From Minisyncoccia bacterium (GTDB lineage Bacteria > Patescibacteriota > Minisyncoccia > Phycocordibacterales > UBA918), in the NCBI GenBank assembly GCA_964229335.1, contig CAXRCZ010000007.1, positions 32,001-96,000 on the forward strand: DNA of 64,000 nucleotides. The letters are read 5' to 3'. A program made the translations under genes and the position numbers. The notes beneath the pieces were generated by a model. That model ran no database searches, had not been told where the DNA came from, and saw only the letters and a program-made list of their open reading frames with translations. Below, one piece after another: positions 27,132-35,618 of the stretch. Position 1 is the first letter of the stretch; each line of letters opens with the position of its first letter.

Positions 27132-28262
27132 CTAATCGACTATCACCTCAACAGCGTCTGGAAACGAGTTGTAGCCCTTGGCTCGCATACTTGCGCCATA
27201 CGCACCAACATCATAAATACGTATCTCGTCGCCAATCTCTGCTTTATTTAACATTCTCGGTTCGATTTCTTCTGGGTCACCGGGAGTAGGGGTGAAAATA
27301 TCACCCGACTCGCAGTTGTGTCCTACCACAATGTATTCTTTAGTTTCATCATCATTATTTATCACCTCGATTTTATGTTGAGCGCCGTACATAGCTGTAC
27401 GCAAAAAATCATTCATACCAGTATTGATTCGCAGAAAAGTGAAGCCGTCGGCTCCAGTATCGACAATATCGTCGACAGTTGCTACCAAGGTGCCGGCATG
27501 CGCAATCAGGTACGTACCAGGTTCAATTTCAAGCCGTAACTCTCTGCCAGTTTCAGCTGCAAAGTTCTCTAACTTGCTAGAAAAGAGCTCCATTATTACC
27601 GACATATCAGCCTCTTTCTCAGTATCATATCGATGCACTTTGAAACCACCTCCGATATCGAGCGCGATGACATCGGGTAATTGCGTGGCAATCGAAAGCG
27701 ACCGATCCATCACCTCTCCCCACACTTTGGGATCTGAACCTGACCCAACATGGATATGTAGGCGATCAATGATCACATCATTTTCTTTGGCTAGTGCTAG
27801 AGCTTCGGGAATATATTCGTACCAAAGTCCAAACGCTGAGGTTGCTCCCCCGGTACTGGTGCGCTTGTTATGCCCCACCCCCATATCAATATTAATCCGT
27901 ATCCCAACAGTATCAGGATGATTGGCGGCGGCAATAAAATCTCTCAGTTGTCGCATCGAGGTGGCCACATAGAGCACTCCTTGCTCAAGTAATTCAGCAA
28001 GATTAGGAGTTGACTGCTGTGAAGATAGCGAAATCTTATTACCCTCGATACCCATTTCTAATAACTCATCTGCTTCATAACTTGAACTGGCATCAAACTC
28101 AACACCTGCAGTATCAATGAGTTTTATTATTTCTGGATGTGGATTGGCTTTAACGGCGTAGCGAGTCGTCAAGCCAAATGGAGCTTCTAGACTAGTTAGT
28201 TCTTGTAGTCGTCGCTGTATTATTAATCGACTGTATTCGTAACGCGGAAGTGCTGTAGACAT
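27132..28262 (-). CDS. lysA: Diaminopimelate decarboxylase (PLP fold III)
   Basis: YAVKAN, HIHVGS, DIGGG, EPG, CESGD, GAYGASM and YNS motifs. Confidence 0.85.
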   Translation of the reverse strand: MSTALPRYEYSRLIIQRRLQELTSLEAPFGLTTRYAVKANPHPEIIKLIDTAGVEFDASSSYEADELLEMGIEGNKISLSSQQSTPNLAELLEQGVLYVATSMRQLRDFIAAANHPDTVGIRINIDMGVGHNKRTSTGGATSAFGLWYEYIPEALALAKENDVIIDRLHIHVGSGSDPKVWGEVMDRSLSIATQLPDVIALDIGGGFKVHRYDTEKEADMSVIMELFSSKLENFAAETGRELRLEIEPGTYLIAHAGTLVATVDDIVDTGADGFTFLRINTGMNDFLRTAMYGAQHKIEVINNDDETKEYIVVGHNCESGDIFTPTPGDPEEIEPRMLNKAEIGDEIRIYDVGAYGASMRAKGYNSFPDAVEVIVD

Positions 28263-28288
28263 TACTCGTAAATTATCAAACTTAAATA

Positions 28289-28861
28289 TTAGACACGAAT
28301 AAACTCGTCAACTTCTGGGAGCGGCATAATTTCTTTACCATTCTTTACCTTACCTTCCTCAAACGGAAATACACTTATACTTCCATCTAATTCTAGATAG
28401 GCATATTCGACCTCTCCAATATTTCTCACTCCATTCTTTCTTAGTTCGGATTCTAGTTCAGCTTCAGTAAAGTTTTCAGTTTCCAACGCATGCTGAATTA
28501 TTTGCCCATTTTTTACTAACAAATTTGGCCTACTATTAATAAATTTTTCGAAAGGTGACCACTTGAGTTTTAATCTCGAAGTACCAAACTGCAACGTAAT
28601 CACTGTCATAATAATTAGTGCTGCATAAATTATTGCTACAGATGGATAAAACATTACATCTCCCACCGCTGAACCGAGCGCTACAATTAGTAACATCTCA
28701 ACTGGAGTCATTTGTTTACGCGCTTTTTTTCCTCCTGCTCTCAGAAACACTAAGGCAAAGATATAAATAACCAGAACTCTAAAAGTAATTTCTAACAAGA
28801 ATACCCATTCACTTTCACCAAAAATTGTTTGTGTTAGATCAAATGTAACTACCGGATCCAT
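28289..28861 (-). CDS. DUF421/YetF family membrane protein
   Basis: GKKARKQMTP, P.LLVKNG and AYLELDGSISV motifs. Confidence 0.88.
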   Translation of the reverse strand: MDPVVTFDLTQTIFGESEWVFLLEITFRVLVIYIFALVFLRAGGKKARKQMTPVEMLLIVALGSAVGDVMFYPSVAIIYAALIIMTVITLQFGTSRLKLKWSPFEKFINSRPNLLVKNGQIIQHALETENFTEAELESELRKNGVRNIGEVEYAYLELDGSISVFPFEEGKVKNGKEIMPLPEVDEFIRV

Positions 28862-28978
28862 GAAATTTTCTAATTAATACGTGTAACGATTACTACAATA
28901 TGTATGTATAGTATCTTATTTTTCTTTTTTTCGCTTACGATAGCTGCGTCTGGTTTTTTAAAATGGTATGGTTTCTTA

Positions 28979-29512
28979 ATGGATTGGATCTATCAGTCAT
29001 ATTCAGATGTGCCACAAATACTGTTCTCAGTAATAGTATTTACTTCGATAGTAGTACTTTATACAAGAATCGTTGGTCTTCGAAGTTTTTCTAAAATGTC
29101 TAGCTTTGATTTTGCCATCACAGTAGCGTTTGGTTCTATACTAGCTTCTGTGGTAATCGCAAAAGAACCTAAGATATTCCAAGCTGCAGTAGCTATGGGT
29201 GGTTTATATTTGTTTCAATACGTACTGTCATTTATAAAAGTGAGGAATAAATGGTTTGCTACCTTGATTGATAATGAACCGATTTTACTAATGAATAATC
29301 AAGGTTTTTTAGAAGACAATTTAAAAAAAGCCCGAGTTACTAAAGATGAAGTCAGAGATAAACTACGCAAAGCTAACGTGCTTCAACTCTCAGAAGTAAG
29401 GGCTGTAGTTTTTGAAACTACTGGTGATATTTCTGTATTACACAGTACATCCGACAGAAAAATAGATAGTGAAATTACAGCCAACGTAAGAGATAAACAT
29501 TTAATTCAATAA
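28979..29512 (+). CDS. DUF421/YetF family membrane protein (second, divergently transcribed)
   Basis: GLRSFSKMSSFDF and VVFETTGDISV motifs. Start taken as MDWIY (the ORF extends to 28904). Confidence 0.88.
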   Translation: MDWIYQSYSDVPQILFSVIVFTSIVVLYTRIVGLRSFSKMSSFDFAITVAFGSILASVVIAKEPKIFQAAVAMGGLYLFQYVLSFIKVRNKWFATLIDNEPILLMNNQGFLEDNLKKARVTKDEVRDKLRKANVLQLSEVRAVVFETTGDISVLHSTSDRKIDSEITANVRDKHLIQ

Positions 29513-29542
29513 CTAGCCGTCTGGGACAATGTTGGAACTTTT
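29513..29542. repeat. 30-bp att-like direct repeat, copy 1
   Basis: CTAGCCGTCTGGGACAATGTTGGAACTTTT, identical to 30130-30159. Confidence 0.9.
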
Positions 29543-29546
29543 TTAG

Positions 29547-30074
29547 CTAAGAAATCGGCTTAATTTCTACTCCACTATCTTTATACTCCCGGTATTCTTC
29601 CTTGGTTTCTCTCGAATCTACTGACTTACAATAAAACACTTCGTCACCAAAAGAAGACGGTACATCCCACAGCTTATGTTTAATAACAGCTCCCCACATC
29701 CACTTAGAGAGAACGATGTCATCAGATTTCATTATTCCCCCATGAGTAATATTTTCTCCTCCGTCTTTATAGAACACCAGATCTCCAGGTTCTGGATTAT
29801 TTGTTGCTACAAGAATATTCTTACTAAATAGATGTTTTATAAATTCTTGCTGTACAGGATTGTTTCCTCCAAGGAACTCTGGATCTTGCTCAAGTCCAAA
29901 AGCGAATACGAAACAATTATAGTTTATTAAGTATGCTGGTGGTGGGGCTACTATTGTTAACTCCAAAGGAAGACGAGATCGAATATATGCTTCAAATTCA
30001 TCCGGTACCCACCACTTTCTTCCTTCTTCCTCTTCAATTAGTTCTGTGAGTTCCTCTCTGTCTTTTTTGTTCAT
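29547..30074 (-). CDS. Hypothetical protein with putative Cys-His (papain/NlpC-P60-like) catalytic pair
   Basis: YNCFVFAFG...GDLVFY...THGG...SKW...H pattern. Confidence 0.75.
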   Translation of the reverse strand: MNKKDREELTELIEEEEGRKWWVPDEFEAYIRSRLPLELTIVAPPPAYLINYNCFVFAFGLEQDPEFLGGNNPVQQEFIKHLFSKNILVATNNPEPGDLVFYKDGGENITHGGIMKSDDIVLSKWMWGAVIKHKLWDVPSSFGDEVFYCKSVDSRETKEEYREYKDSGVEIKPIS

Positions 30075-30129
30075 ATGAAGAGTATACCTTGATCAAGAAG
30101 TCGAACTAAATATAGCTGAAATATCGGTG

Positions 30130-30159
30130 CTAGCCGTCTGGGACAATGTTGGAACTTTT
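30130..30159. repeat. 30-bp att-like direct repeat, copy 2
   Basis: Identical to 29513-29542. Confidence 0.9.
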
Positions 30160-30194
30160 CTGGGGTTATGATAACTTACTCACAGGAGGACACC

Positions 30195-30368
30195 ATGCAC
30201 GAACAATCAAGCTCTTACGCAATGTGTTAACAGATTCTCAACCATCCTCGGTTCAAGGACTCGGACGCTCATGAGCGTTCATCTCTCTACAATAAATTGT
30301 CAGGGATGACATTTTCTGAACTCGCTGAAGAGCGAAAGAAAATTGGTCTACTGACTTATGAAGATTAA
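30195..30368 (+). pseudogene. 57-codon ORF interrupted by an in-frame TAA at codon 12
   Basis: AGGAGG upstream of the ATG; TAA at 30228-30230; frame stays open to 30368; terminator GTCACCTC...GAGGTGGC-TTTTT follows. Confidence 0.5.
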
Positions 30369-30407
30369 TTTGCGTCACCTCTTTAACAGGAGGTGGCTTT
30401 TTTACGA

Positions 30408-30437
30408 GCTACCGGACAGGGACGATGTTGGAACTTT
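30408..30437. repeat. Hybrid site joining the tRNA-Gln 3' end to the 30-bp repeat
   Basis: GCTACCGGACAGGGAC (16 nt identical to the tRNA-Gln end) followed by GATGTTGGAACTTT (repeat half). Confidence 0.85.
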
Positions 30438-30915
30438 ATTGGCCAGCCGCTTCTAGAGCAGCAAGTGCATATCGTTGAGTTTCTGGTCGCATTCTCTCAT
30501 CTTTTTCTAACAAATCATCTAGGTCTACTCTGGTGCACCATCTGTATTCTGTATCCATACTGTCTTCTTCTTGTGGATTGATTTCTCTAGAATCAGACCG
30601 TGCTGCAAATACTAAAGAGGAGTGGTCGTGTACCTCGTTTATTTTATGACGATTCATAAACAATGGTGGGACAAGGTCTTTATTTGTTTCAGTATCTGTT
30701 TGAGTCCAATTTTTAGGACCAATCAAAGTAACTTTTAGACCTGATTCTTCCCAAGCTTCTCGTACCGCAGCTTCGTTTGCATCTTCGCCGGGATCAATAT
30801 GCCCTCCTGGCGTACCCCAATAGTTGTACTTTTCATGCAACCTCAGTAGTACAGCATCTCCATTTACTATGAAGGTATCTACGCAGAGGTCTAGGTAGTA
30901 ATTTATATGTGCCAT
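30436..30915 (-). CDS. NUDIX hydrolase
   Basis: Nudix box GGHIDPGEDANEAAVREAWEESG. Confidence 0.93.
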   Translation of the reverse strand: MAHINYYLDLCVDTFIVNGDAVLLRLHEKYNYWGTPGGHIDPGEDANEAAVREAWEESGLKVTLIGPKNWTQTDTETNKDLVPPLFMNRHKINEVHDHSSLVFAARSDSREINPQEEDSMDTEYRWCTRVDLDDLLEKDERMRPETQRYALAALEAAGQ

Positions 30916-30934
30916 ACATGAAAGTATAGCAAAT

Positions 30935-31107
30935 TACTGGACAGGGACTCGGTCAGGAGTCGATTATTTTCATGAATGAAAATATATCGCTCACGACCCT
31001 GGCTCGAAACTCCAGTCCCCCAGACTGGTTTTCTCCGCCTTTCTCGTCCCAGTGCTCGGTATCCATAACGATAAATTGCGATAGCAAATGCTATCGCAGT
31101 TTAATCG
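30935..31107 (-). repeat. tRNA-Gln-linked element (hairpin, degenerate inverted 3' copy, core, direct 3' copy)
   Basis: Direct copy TACTGGACAGGGACTCG at 30935-30951 matches the tRNA at 16/17; TGCGATAGCA/TGCTATCGCA hairpin next to the tRNA. Confidence 0.7.
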
Positions 31108-31181
31108 TGGCTACCGGACAGGGACTCGAACCCCGATCGCTTGGACCAAAACCAAGTGTCCTACCATTAGACGATCCGGTA
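31108..31181 (-). tRNA. tRNA-Gln(TTG)
   Basis: Acceptor stem TACCGGA/TCCGGTA; anticodon arm CTTGG-TTTTGGT-CCAAG; T loop TTCGAGT; CCA encoded. Confidence 0.96.
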
Positions 31182-31306
31182 AAATATTTCATTACCAACG
31201 ATTTACTAACGGGAGGACGCGCAGTGTCCATACTGTCGAGCTAAGTGAGGGTCTAAAGAAAATATGTTTTCTTTAGACCGAACGTGCGCTGACAGCAAGC
31301 TTTGCT

Positions 31307-31326
31307 TACCATTAGACGATCCGGTA
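31307..31326 (-). repeat. Exact copy of the first 20 nt of tRNA-Gln
   Basis: TACCGGATCGTCTAATGGTA on the minus strand. Confidence 0.9.
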
Positions 31327-31341
31327 ATTTTGTAAAATATA

Positions 31342-31375
31342 GGTACGTACTTTGGTACGTACCAAAGTACGTACC
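31342..31375. other. Symmetry centre: candidate hairpin-telomere core or fold-back point
   Basis: GGTACGTAC-TTT-GGTAC|GTACC-AAA-GTACGTACC; GTACGTAC starts at 31343, 31355 and 31367. The function is inference. Confidence 0.5.
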
Positions 31376-31390
31376 TATATTTTACAAAAT

Positions 31391-31410
31391 TACCGGATCG
31401 TCTAATGGTA
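31391..31410 (+). repeat. Exact copy of the first 20 nt of tRNA-Gln (mirror)
   Basis: Identical to 31536-31555. Confidence 0.9.
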
Positions 31411-31535
31411 AGCAAAGCTTGCTGTCAGCGCACGTTCGGTCTAAAGAAAACATATTTTCTTTAGACCCTCACTTAGCTCGACAGTATGGACACTGCGCGT
31501 CCTCCCGTTAGTAAATCGTTGGTAATGAAATATTT

Positions 31536-31609
31536 TACCGGATCGTCTAATGGTAGGACACTTGGTTTTGGTCCAAGCGATCGGGGTTCGAGTCCCTGTC
31601 CGGTAGCCA
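31536..31609 (+). tRNA. tRNA-Gln(TTG) (mirror)
   Basis: Mirror of 31108..31181. Confidence 0.96.
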
Positions 31610-31782
31610 CGATTAAACTGCGATAGCATTTGCTATCGCAATTTATCGTTATGGATACCGAGCACTGGGACGAGAAAGGCGGAGAAAACCAGTCTGGGGG
31701 ACTGGAGTTTCGAGCCAGGGTCGTGAGCGATATATTTTCATTCATGAAAATAATCGACTCCTGACCGAGTCCCTGTCCAGTA
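31610..31782 (+). repeat. tRNA-Gln-linked element (mirror)
   Basis: Mirror of 30935..31107. Confidence 0.7.
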
Positions 31783-31801
31783 ATTTGCTATACTTTCATG
31801 T

Positions 31802-32281
31802 ATGGCACATATAAATTACTACCTAGACCTCTGCGTAGATACCTTCATAGTAAATGGAGATGCTGTACTACTGAGGTTGCATGAAAAGTACAACTATTGG
31901 GGTACGCCAGGAGGGCATATTGATCCCGGCGAAGATGCAAACGAAGCTGCGGTACGAGAAGCTTGGGAAGAATCAGGTCTAAAAGTTACTTTGATTGGTC
32001 CTAAAAATTGGACTCAAACAGATACTGAAACAAATAAAGACCTTGTCCCACCATTGTTTATGAATCGTCATAAAATAAACGAGGTACACGACCACTCCTC
32101 TTTAGTATTTGCAGCACGGTCTGATTCTAGAGAAATCAATCCACAAGAAGAAGACAGTATGGATACAGAATACAGATGGTGCACCAGAGTAGACCTAGAT
32201 GATTTGTTAGAAAAAGATGAGAGAATGCGACCAGAAACTCAACGATATGCACTTGCTGCTCTAGAAGCGGCTGGCCAATAA
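31802..32281 (+). CDS. NUDIX hydrolase (mirror)
   Basis: Mirror of 30436..30915. Confidence 0.93.
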   Translation: MAHINYYLDLCVDTFIVNGDAVLLRLHEKYNYWGTPGGHIDPGEDANEAAVREAWEESGLKVTLIGPKNWTQTDTETNKDLVPPLFMNRHKINEVHDHSSLVFAARSDSREINPQEEDSMDTEYRWCTRVDLDDLLEKDERMRPETQRYALAALEAAGQ

Positions 32282-32309
32282 AGTTCCAACATCGTCCCTG
32301 TCCGGTAGC
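32280..32309. repeat. Hybrid tRNA-Gln/att-like site (mirror)
   Basis: Mirror of 30408..30437. Confidence 0.85.
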
Positions 32310-32348
32310 TCGTAAAAAAGCCACCTCCTGTTAAAGAGGTGACGCAAA

Positions 32349-32522
32349 TTAATCTTCATAAGTCAGTAGACCAATTTTCTTTCGCTCTTCAGCGAGTTCA
32401 GAAAATGTCATCCCTGACAATTTATTGTAGAGAGATGAACGCTCATGAGCGTCCGAGTCCTTGAACCGAGGATGGTTGAGAATCTGTTAACACATTGCGT
32501 AAGAGCTTGATTGTTCGTGCAT
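32349..32522 (-). pseudogene. Interrupted small ORF (mirror)
   Basis: Mirror of 30195..30368. Confidence 0.5.
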
Positions 32523-32557
32523 GGTGTCCTCCTGTGAGTAAGTTATCATAACCCCAG

Positions 32558-32587
32558 AAAAGTTCCAACATTGTCCCAGACGGCTAG
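32558..32587. repeat. 30-bp att-like repeat (mirror)
   Basis: Mirror of 30130..30159. Confidence 0.9.
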
Positions 32588-32642
32588 CACCGATATTTCA
32601 GCTATATTTAGTTCGACTTCTTGATCAAGGTATACTCTTCAT

Positions 32643-33170
32643 ATGAACAAAAAAGACAGAGAGGAACTCACAGAACTAATTGAAGAGGAAGAAGGAAGAA
32701 AGTGGTGGGTACCGGATGAATTTGAAGCATATATTCGATCTCGTCTTCCTTTGGAGTTAACAATAGTAGCCCCACCACCAGCATACTTAATAAACTATAA
32801 TTGTTTCGTATTCGCTTTTGGACTTGAGCAAGATCCAGAGTTCCTTGGAGGAAACAATCCTGTACAGCAAGAATTTATAAAACATCTATTTAGTAAGAAT
32901 ATTCTTGTAGCAACAAATAATCCAGAACCTGGAGATCTGGTGTTCTATAAAGACGGAGGAGAAAATATTACTCATGGGGGAATAATGAAATCTGATGACA
33001 TCGTTCTCTCTAAGTGGATGTGGGGAGCTGTTATTAAACATAAGCTGTGGGATGTACCGTCTTCTTTTGGTGACGAAGTGTTTTATTGTAAGTCAGTAGA
33101 TTCGAGAGAAACCAAGGAAGAATACCGGGAGTATAAAGATAGTGGAGTAGAAATTAAGCCGATTTCTTAG
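32643..33170 (+). CDS. Hypothetical Cys-His protein (mirror)
   Basis: Mirror of 29547..30074. Confidence 0.75.
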   Translation: MNKKDREELTELIEEEEGRKWWVPDEFEAYIRSRLPLELTIVAPPPAYLINYNCFVFAFGLEQDPEFLGGNNPVQQEFIKHLFSKNILVATNNPEPGDLVFYKDGGENITHGGIMKSDDIVLSKWMWGAVIKHKLWDVPSSFGDEVFYCKSVDSRETKEEYREYKDSGVEIKPIS

Positions 33171-33174
33171 CTAA

Positions 33175-33204
33175 AAAAGTTCCAACATTGTCCCAGACGG
33201 CTAG
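33175..33204. repeat. 30-bp att-like repeat (mirror)
   Basis: Mirror of 29513..29542. Confidence 0.9.
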
Positions 33205-33738
33205 TTATTGAATTAAATGTTTATCTCTTACGTTGGCTGTAATTTCACTATCTATTTTTCTGTCGGATGTACTGTGTAATACAGAAATATCACCAGTAGT
33301 TTCAAAAACTACAGCCCTTACTTCTGAGAGTTGAAGCACGTTAGCTTTGCGTAGTTTATCTCTGACTTCATCTTTAGTAACTCGGGCTTTTTTTAAATTG
33401 TCTTCTAAAAAACCTTGATTATTCATTAGTAAAATCGGTTCATTATCAATCAAGGTAGCAAACCATTTATTCCTCACTTTTATAAATGACAGTACGTATT
33501 GAAACAAATATAAACCACCCATAGCTACTGCAGCTTGGAATATCTTAGGTTCTTTTGCGATTACCACAGAAGCTAGTATAGAACCAAACGCTACTGTGAT
33601 GGCAAAATCAAAGCTAGACATTTTAGAAAAACTTCGAAGACCAACGATTCTTGTATAAAGTACTACTATCGAAGTAAATACTATTACTGAGAACAGTATT
33701 TGTGGCACATCTGAATATGACTGATAGATCCAATCCAT
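33205..33738 (-). CDS. DUF421/YetF family protein (mirror)
   Basis: Mirror of 28979..29512. Confidence 0.88.
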   Translation of the reverse strand: MDWIYQSYSDVPQILFSVIVFTSIVVLYTRIVGLRSFSKMSSFDFAITVAFGSILASVVIAKEPKIFQAAVAMGGLYLFQYVLSFIKVRNKWFATLIDNEPILLMNNQGFLEDNLKKARVTKDEVRDKLRKANVLQLSEVRAVVFETTGDISVLHSTSDRKIDSEITANVRDKHLIQ

Positions 33739-33855
33739 TAAGAAACCATACCATTTTAAAAAACCAGACGCAGCTATCGTAAGCGAAAAAAAGAAAAATA
33801 AGATACTATACATACATATTGTAGTAATCGTTACACGTATTAATTAGAAAATTTC

Positions 33856-34428
33856 ATGGATCCGGTAGTTACATTTGATCTAACACAAACAATTTTTGGT
33901 GAAAGTGAATGGGTATTCTTGTTAGAAATTACTTTTAGAGTTCTGGTTATTTATATCTTTGCCTTAGTGTTTCTGAGAGCAGGAGGAAAAAAAGCGCGTA
34001 AACAAATGACTCCAGTTGAGATGTTACTAATTGTAGCGCTCGGTTCAGCGGTGGGAGATGTAATGTTTTATCCATCTGTAGCAATAATTTATGCAGCACT
34101 AATTATTATGACAGTGATTACGTTGCAGTTTGGTACTTCGAGATTAAAACTCAAGTGGTCACCTTTCGAAAAATTTATTAATAGTAGGCCAAATTTGTTA
34201 GTAAAAAATGGGCAAATAATTCAGCATGCGTTGGAAACTGAAAACTTTACTGAAGCTGAACTAGAATCCGAACTAAGAAAGAATGGAGTGAGAAATATTG
34301 GAGAGGTCGAATATGCCTATCTAGAATTAGATGGAAGTATAAGTGTATTTCCGTTTGAGGAAGGTAAGGTAAAGAATGGTAAAGAAATTATGCCGCTCCC
34401 AGAAGTTGACGAGTTTATTCGTGTCTAA
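33856..34428 (+). CDS. DUF421/YetF family protein (mirror)
   Basis: Mirror of 28289..28861. Confidence 0.88.
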   Translation: MDPVVTFDLTQTIFGESEWVFLLEITFRVLVIYIFALVFLRAGGKKARKQMTPVEMLLIVALGSAVGDVMFYPSVAIIYAALIIMTVITLQFGTSRLKLKWSPFEKFINSRPNLLVKNGQIIQHALETENFTEAELESELRKNGVRNIGEVEYAYLELDGSISVFPFEEGKVKNGKEIMPLPEVDEFIRV

Positions 34429-34454
34429 TATTTAAGTTTGATAATTTACGAGTA

Positions 34455-35585
34455 ATGTCTACAGCACTTCCGCGTTACGAATACAGTCGATTAATAATAC
34501 AGCGACGACTACAAGAACTAACTAGTCTAGAAGCTCCATTTGGCTTGACGACTCGCTACGCCGTTAAAGCCAATCCACATCCAGAAATAATAAAACTCAT
34601 TGATACTGCAGGTGTTGAGTTTGATGCCAGTTCAAGTTATGAAGCAGATGAGTTATTAGAAATGGGTATCGAGGGTAATAAGATTTCGCTATCTTCACAG
34701 CAGTCAACTCCTAATCTTGCTGAATTACTTGAGCAAGGAGTGCTCTATGTGGCCACCTCGATGCGACAACTGAGAGATTTTATTGCCGCCGCCAATCATC
34801 CTGATACTGTTGGGATACGGATTAATATTGATATGGGGGTGGGGCATAACAAGCGCACCAGTACCGGGGGAGCAACCTCAGCGTTTGGACTTTGGTACGA
34901 ATATATTCCCGAAGCTCTAGCACTAGCCAAAGAAAATGATGTGATCATTGATCGCCTACATATCCATGTTGGGTCAGGTTCAGATCCCAAAGTGTGGGGA
35001 GAGGTGATGGATCGGTCGCTTTCGATTGCCACGCAATTACCCGATGTCATCGCGCTCGATATCGGAGGTGGTTTCAAAGTGCATCGATATGATACTGAGA
35101 AAGAGGCTGATATGTCGGTAATAATGGAGCTCTTTTCTAGCAAGTTAGAGAACTTTGCAGCTGAAACTGGCAGAGAGTTACGGCTTGAAATTGAACCTGG
35201 TACGTACCTGATTGCGCATGCCGGCACCTTGGTAGCAACTGTCGACGATATTGTCGATACTGGAGCCGACGGCTTCACTTTTCTGCGAATCAATACTGGT
35301 ATGAATGATTTTTTGCGTACAGCTATGTACGGCGCTCAACATAAAATCGAGGTGATAAATAATGATGATGAAACTAAAGAATACATTGTGGTAGGACACA
35401 ACTGCGAGTCGGGTGATATTTTCACCCCTACTCCCGGTGACCCAGAAGAAATCGAACCGAGAATGTTAAATAAAGCAGAGATTGGCGACGAGATACGTAT
35501 TTATGATGTTGGTGCGTATGGCGCAAGTATGCGAGCCAAGGGCTACAACTCGTTTCCAGACGCTGTTGAGGTGATAGTCGATTAG
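34455..35585 (+). CDS. lysA: Diaminopimelate decarboxylase (mirror)
   Basis: Mirror of 27132..28262. Confidence 0.85.
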   Translation: MSTALPRYEYSRLIIQRRLQELTSLEAPFGLTTRYAVKANPHPEIIKLIDTAGVEFDASSSYEADELLEMGIEGNKISLSSQQSTPNLAELLEQGVLYVATSMRQLRDFIAAANHPDTVGIRINIDMGVGHNKRTSTGGATSAFGLWYEYIPEALALAKENDVIIDRLHIHVGSGSDPKVWGEVMDRSLSIATQLPDVIALDIGGGFKVHRYDTEKEADMSVIMELFSSKLENFAAETGRELRLEIEPGTYLIAHAGTLVATVDDIVDTGADGFTFLRINTGMNDFLRTAMYGAQHKIEVINNDDETKEYIVVGHNCESGDIFTPTPGDPEEIEPRMLNKAEIGDEIRIYDVGAYGASMRAKGYNSFPDAVEVIVD

Positions 35586-35618
35586 ATATATTGTACTATA
35601 ATAGGTATTATAGGTAGT

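Noticed and set aside
24997-27921. Many 60-165 aa ORFs antisense to typA and lysA (and similar ones elsewhere, e.g. 62529..63125)
   Set aside because: Shadow ORFs within well-supported genes on the opposite strand.
29513-30437. CRISPR array (30-bp repeats)
   Set aside because: Only two exact copies plus a hybrid, 617 and 278 bp apart with genes between them, and no cas genes.
29513-30951. Classical integron
   Set aside because: No intI, the sites lack attC palindromic structure, and the genes appear to carry their own promoters.
30972-31276. 90-aa and 62-aa ORFs over tRNA-Gln
   Set aside because: Antisense translations of the tRNA (GLEPRSLGPKPSVLPLDD is typical of this).
31327-31390. Xer/dif site at the axis
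   Set aside because: No XerD-type TTATGTTAAA arm, and the site is fully symmetric, unlike canonical dif.
31206-31511. 69-aa ORFs crossing the axis on both strands
   Set aside because: A by-product of the palindrome; they overlap the tRNA fragment and hairpins and start at TTG with no expression signals.
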